Below, piece by piece: positions 58,324 to 60,996 of a DNA stretch of 60,996 nucleotides. The translations under genes were made by a program, and so were the position numbers. The stretch covers positions 1-60,996 of the forward strand of contig JBDTRK010000006.1 in the NCBI GenBank assembly GCA_039931685.1, written 5' to 3'. The stretch comes from Betaproteobacteria bacterium (GTDB lineage Bacteria; Pseudomonadota; Gammaproteobacteria; Burkholderiales; JACQAP01). How positions within the stretch are numbered: position 1 is the stretch's first letter; each line of letters begins with the position of its first letter. The notes under the pieces are model-generated. The model was not told the DNA's origin and ran no database searches. It worked only from the letters and a program-made list of their open reading frames with translations.

Positions 58324-60264
58324 TTACGCGACCTTCGCAACTTTCATTTCCGCAGGATCGCGTTGCAGCACGCTGCGGATCTGGGTAAGTTCTTCGACCT
58401 GTTTGCCCAGCTGCAGCTGCTGTTGCTCGAGCTGACGCACGCGCTCCTGCAGGGAATTGATATCGCCGGCGACCTTGCGCAAATTGTCGACTTTGCGCTC
58501 CAGCAGTTTCTGATGCTCCTTCAGTTGCAGGGACAGCGGCATCAAGGCGGAATTGATCCAGGCATCGAGCTCGAGGCGCAACTGGCTGAACAATTCACGA
58601 GCGTGCGACACCAGGCCGTTGTGGAAGCGCCGCACGAGGAAATGCTTTTCGGTCATCACGTTGACCGGATCCTTGCAAAAACGCTCGGTGTTCTGGTGCA
58701 AAGAGTGCATGCGCAGGATATGGCGTTCCAGGTTCATCACCGGCGGCGTCATTTTCGCAAAGCCGTAGATCTTGTGGAATTCGCCGTAGACGCCGTCGAC
58801 GTAGTTGCGTGTCTCGCCAGCATAGTTGAGTATTTTTTCAGCCTGCCGCGAAAAGGTATCGAACAGCGCCTGCATGCTGCGCATCAGGCCGGCGGTGGTC
58901 CAGCTGCCTTCGATCGACGCAAGGCTGCGGCTCATCATTTCGTCCAGACGATCGTCCGCCAGCGTGCCTATCAGCACATTGCCCTGCTTGAGCACCGTCG
59001 TGGAAGAGCGCCGGAAGCTCTCCATGCGCTGCGCGTAAGTCTGCTTGTCCAGTTCCAGTCTTGCCAGCAGCAGCCGGGCAAGCTCCCGGTTTTTTCCGGA
59101 AAGCTTGGACATTTCCTGTAACTCCTCGCGCGCGCTCACAAGCTGGGCGCTTACGCTTTGCAGCGAAGTCTCAAGCATGTTGCCGATCTCGCGGGTGACG
59201 GCCGCGCGCAGGATCTGCTGCTTTGACGGGATGATCTGCTCGGCAAGCAGGCTTTCGAGCACCTCTATCCGGCTTTTCGCGAGCAGCGTCGCGTCGCCGC
59301 GAATACGCGCGATCAAGGCCTTCTGCGCCGACAGTGCGATGACATGATCGCGCGGCAAGCCGAGGATTCGCGCCGTCTCGACCAGCTGGCGTTCGACGGC
59401 CGTTTCGATCTGTTCTTCGGACTTCAGATCGTCCCACATCAGGTCGATCTTGTTGAGCACCGCGATGCGGCGGGTGACATAACTTTGCACGTATTTCTGC
59501 CAGACATCGAGATCGGACTTGGTGACTCCGGTGTCCATCGCCAGCAGGAAAAGCACCGCGTGCGCGCTCGGAATCATGGACAGCGTCAGTTCCGGCTCGG
59601 TGCCAAGCGCGTTCAGGCCTGGCGTATCGAGGATCACCAGCCCCTTCTTCAGTAGCGGATGCGGGTAGTTGACCAGCGCGTGGCGCCAGCACGGGATTTC
59701 GACCTTGCCGCCCTGCTTCACCACCACGGTGGTCGTAACGAAATCGGCTTCATCGAGCAGGCCGAGCAGGCCCGCCTCTTCCACCGTGACCGACTTGACC
59801 TCGGCGAGGCTGGACATTGCCGTGGCCATTTCTTCCTGCGATGCCAGGTTGAGCTTGATTTTCACCCATTCCACCGGCTTGTGCTTGAGCGCCGCGATGC
59901 TGTCGTCGCCCTTGCGTGATTCGATCGGCAGAAGCTTGATATAGGGTTCTTCGGCGGCGTCGAAGAAAATTTCTGTCGGGCACATGGTCGTACGGCCGAC
60001 ATCGGAAGGCAGCAGGCGCTGTTTGAAATCCGAGAAGAACATCGCATTGATCAGTTCGGTCTTGCCCCGGGAAAATTCCGCCAGGAAGGCAAGGATCATG
60101 CGATCGTTGCGCAGGCTTTCGACCAAGTCGTAAATACGCAGACTGCGCTGGATGTCCGCGTGGCCATTGTTTTCCAGCCAGTTTTGATAGGCCTGGATGC
60201 AGTCGCGCAATTCGTCGCGCCACTGCTGGTATGCGGTTACCTGGTTCTCGAGATTACTGGTCAT
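58324..60264 (-). CDS. Dynamin-like GTPase
   Basis: G1 AEFSRGKT, G2 RTTMCPTE, G3 DTPG, G4 NKID; long C-terminal helical/coiled-coil stalk; ATG overlaps yggU stop. Confidence 0.88.
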   Translation of the reverse strand: MTSNLENQVTAYQQWRDELRDCIQAYQNWLENNGHADIQRSLRIYDLVESLRNDRMILAFLAEFSRGKTELINAMFFSDFKQRLLPSDVGRTTMCPTEIFFDAAEEPYIKLLPIESRKGDDSIAALKHKPVEWVKIKLNLASQEEMATAMSSLAEVKSVTVEEAGLLGLLDEADFVTTTVVVKQGGKVEIPCWRHALVNYPHPLLKKGLVILDTPGLNALGTEPELTLSMIPSAHAVLFLLAMDTGVTKSDLDVWQKYVQSYVTRRIAVLNKIDLMWDDLKSEEQIETAVERQLVETARILGLPRDHVIALSAQKALIARIRGDATLLAKSRIEVLESLLAEQIIPSKQQILRAAVTREIGNMLETSLQSVSAQLVSAREELQEMSKLSGKNRELARLLLARLELDKQTYAQRMESFRRSSTTVLKQGNVLIGTLADDRLDEMMSRSLASIEGSWTTAGLMRSMQALFDTFSRQAEKILNYAGETRNYVDGVYGEFHKIYGFAKMTPPVMNLERHILRMHSLHQNTERFCKDPVNVMTEKHFLVRRFHNGLVSHARELFSQLRLELDAWINSALMPLSLQLKEHQKLLERKVDNLRKVAGDINSLQERVRQLEQQQLQLGKQVEELTQIRSVLQRDPAEMKVAKVA

Positions 60265-60569
60265 GAGTGCAGAAGATTTTTCACCCGCGCCAGGAGGCAA
60301 GCGGCCTGGCCGTAGATTTCGACGGTCTTGGTGCGCCCGCGACTGCCACGGCGAATCATAACCCGCCCGCCCGGCAGATCAAACTTGTCCGCGAGAAAGC
60401 GCACCAGCACTTCATTGGCCTTGCCCTCCACTGCCGGTGCAGCGACACGCACCTTGAGACGCCCGCCATGCAGTCCTGCCAGTTCGGTGTGCTTTGCGCC
60501 GGGTTGCACATGCACAGCCAGCGTCAGCAAGCCTCGATCCGGATCATAGCGATACCAGGATTCGGGCAC
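60261..60569 (-). CDS. yggU: DUF167 (YggU) protein
   Basis: VHVQPGAK, LKVRVAAPAVEGKAN, G.RGRTK.VEI. Confidence 0.9.
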   Translation of the reverse strand: MPESWYRYDPDRGLLTLAVHVQPGAKHTELAGLHGGRLKVRVAAPAVEGKANEVLVRFLADKFDLPGGRVMIRRGSRGRTKTVEIYGQAACLLARVKNLLHS

Positions 60570-60578
60570 GCGGGGCGC

Positions 60579-60996
60579 TCACAACATGCGGGTGATGGCC
60601 AGTTCGAGGGAAGCCACCGGCCACATCAGCACGATCTGGCAGATGACCAGTACGAACAGCGGCGACAGATCGACACCGCCGATCGGCGGGAAGCGCCGCT
60701 GGAAAAATCCCAGAAAAGGACGCGTCAGGCTGGAGAGGACAGCGGTTGCCGGCCCGCGCGGCGCGACGAAGGACAGAATGGCCTGCGCGAACACGGAAAC
60801 CATGAGGATGTAGATGAACAGCTTCAGCAGGTTCAGCGCCGCCAGCAGCATGATGCCGGCCAGGCCCGCACCCACGCCCGGTCCGAGTTGATAACCCTTC
60901 AATGCTAGTACGCCGCCAACCAGCAGCAACTGCGCAAGCCACGCCAGCAGCAGCGTCGATAAATCGTAACCGCGCAGTCCGGGAATCACGCGCCGC
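60579..60996 (-). CDS. yggT: YggT family membrane protein (5' end outside window)
   Basis: RRVIPGLRGYDLS and LTRPFL...RRFPPIGGVDLSPL YggT repeat motifs. Confidence 0.88.
   Translation of the reverse strand, partial: RRVIPGLRGYDLSTLLLAWLAQLLLVGGVLALKGYQLGPGVGAGLAGIMLLAALNLLKLFIYILMVSVFAQAILSFVAPRGPATAVLSSLTRPFLGFFQRRFPPIGGVDLSPLFVLVICQIVLMWPVASLELAITRML

Overview
A GC-rich, gene-dense chromosomal window that looks betaproteobacterial, judged from gene content and synteny. No tRNA, rRNA, CRISPR array, transposase or integrase was recognised. From left to right: (1) a TAT-exported GMC oxidoreductase pair cut by the left edge; (2) a ~15 kb minus-strand leucine/isovalerate (liu) operon under MerR-type LiuR, with two LiuR boxes and many accessory genes (aceK, thiolase, second acyl-CoA dehydrogenase, DUF1289, DUF2889, CaiB, an orphan membrane protein and a 38-aa internally deleted GST remnant); (3) MBL hydrolase-mtnA-class II aldolase (DHAP-shunt-like) and phaC; (4) a GntR/2OG-Fe dioxygenase/SAF-oxidoreductase unit, then MFS and cupin genes; (5) an Lrp-divergent ilvB-like/fused IOR/icmF/VOC cluster; (6) an acyl-CoA ligase + Liv-type ABC + PaaK-like + AhpD-like operon; (7) aceEF without lpdA, then nadD-rsfS-rlmH-maf-rng; (8) benE and a dynamin-like GTPase translationally coupled to yggU, after yggT. 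The most unusual structure not explained by the genes is a set of intergenic repeat elements concentrated at 42-57 kb: three ~145-165 bp elements with periodic C(G/A)CAGAGG terminal inverted repeats, and five heptamer arrays, some inverted. They occupy most gene junctions there and look like footprints of small non-autonomous mobile cassettes.
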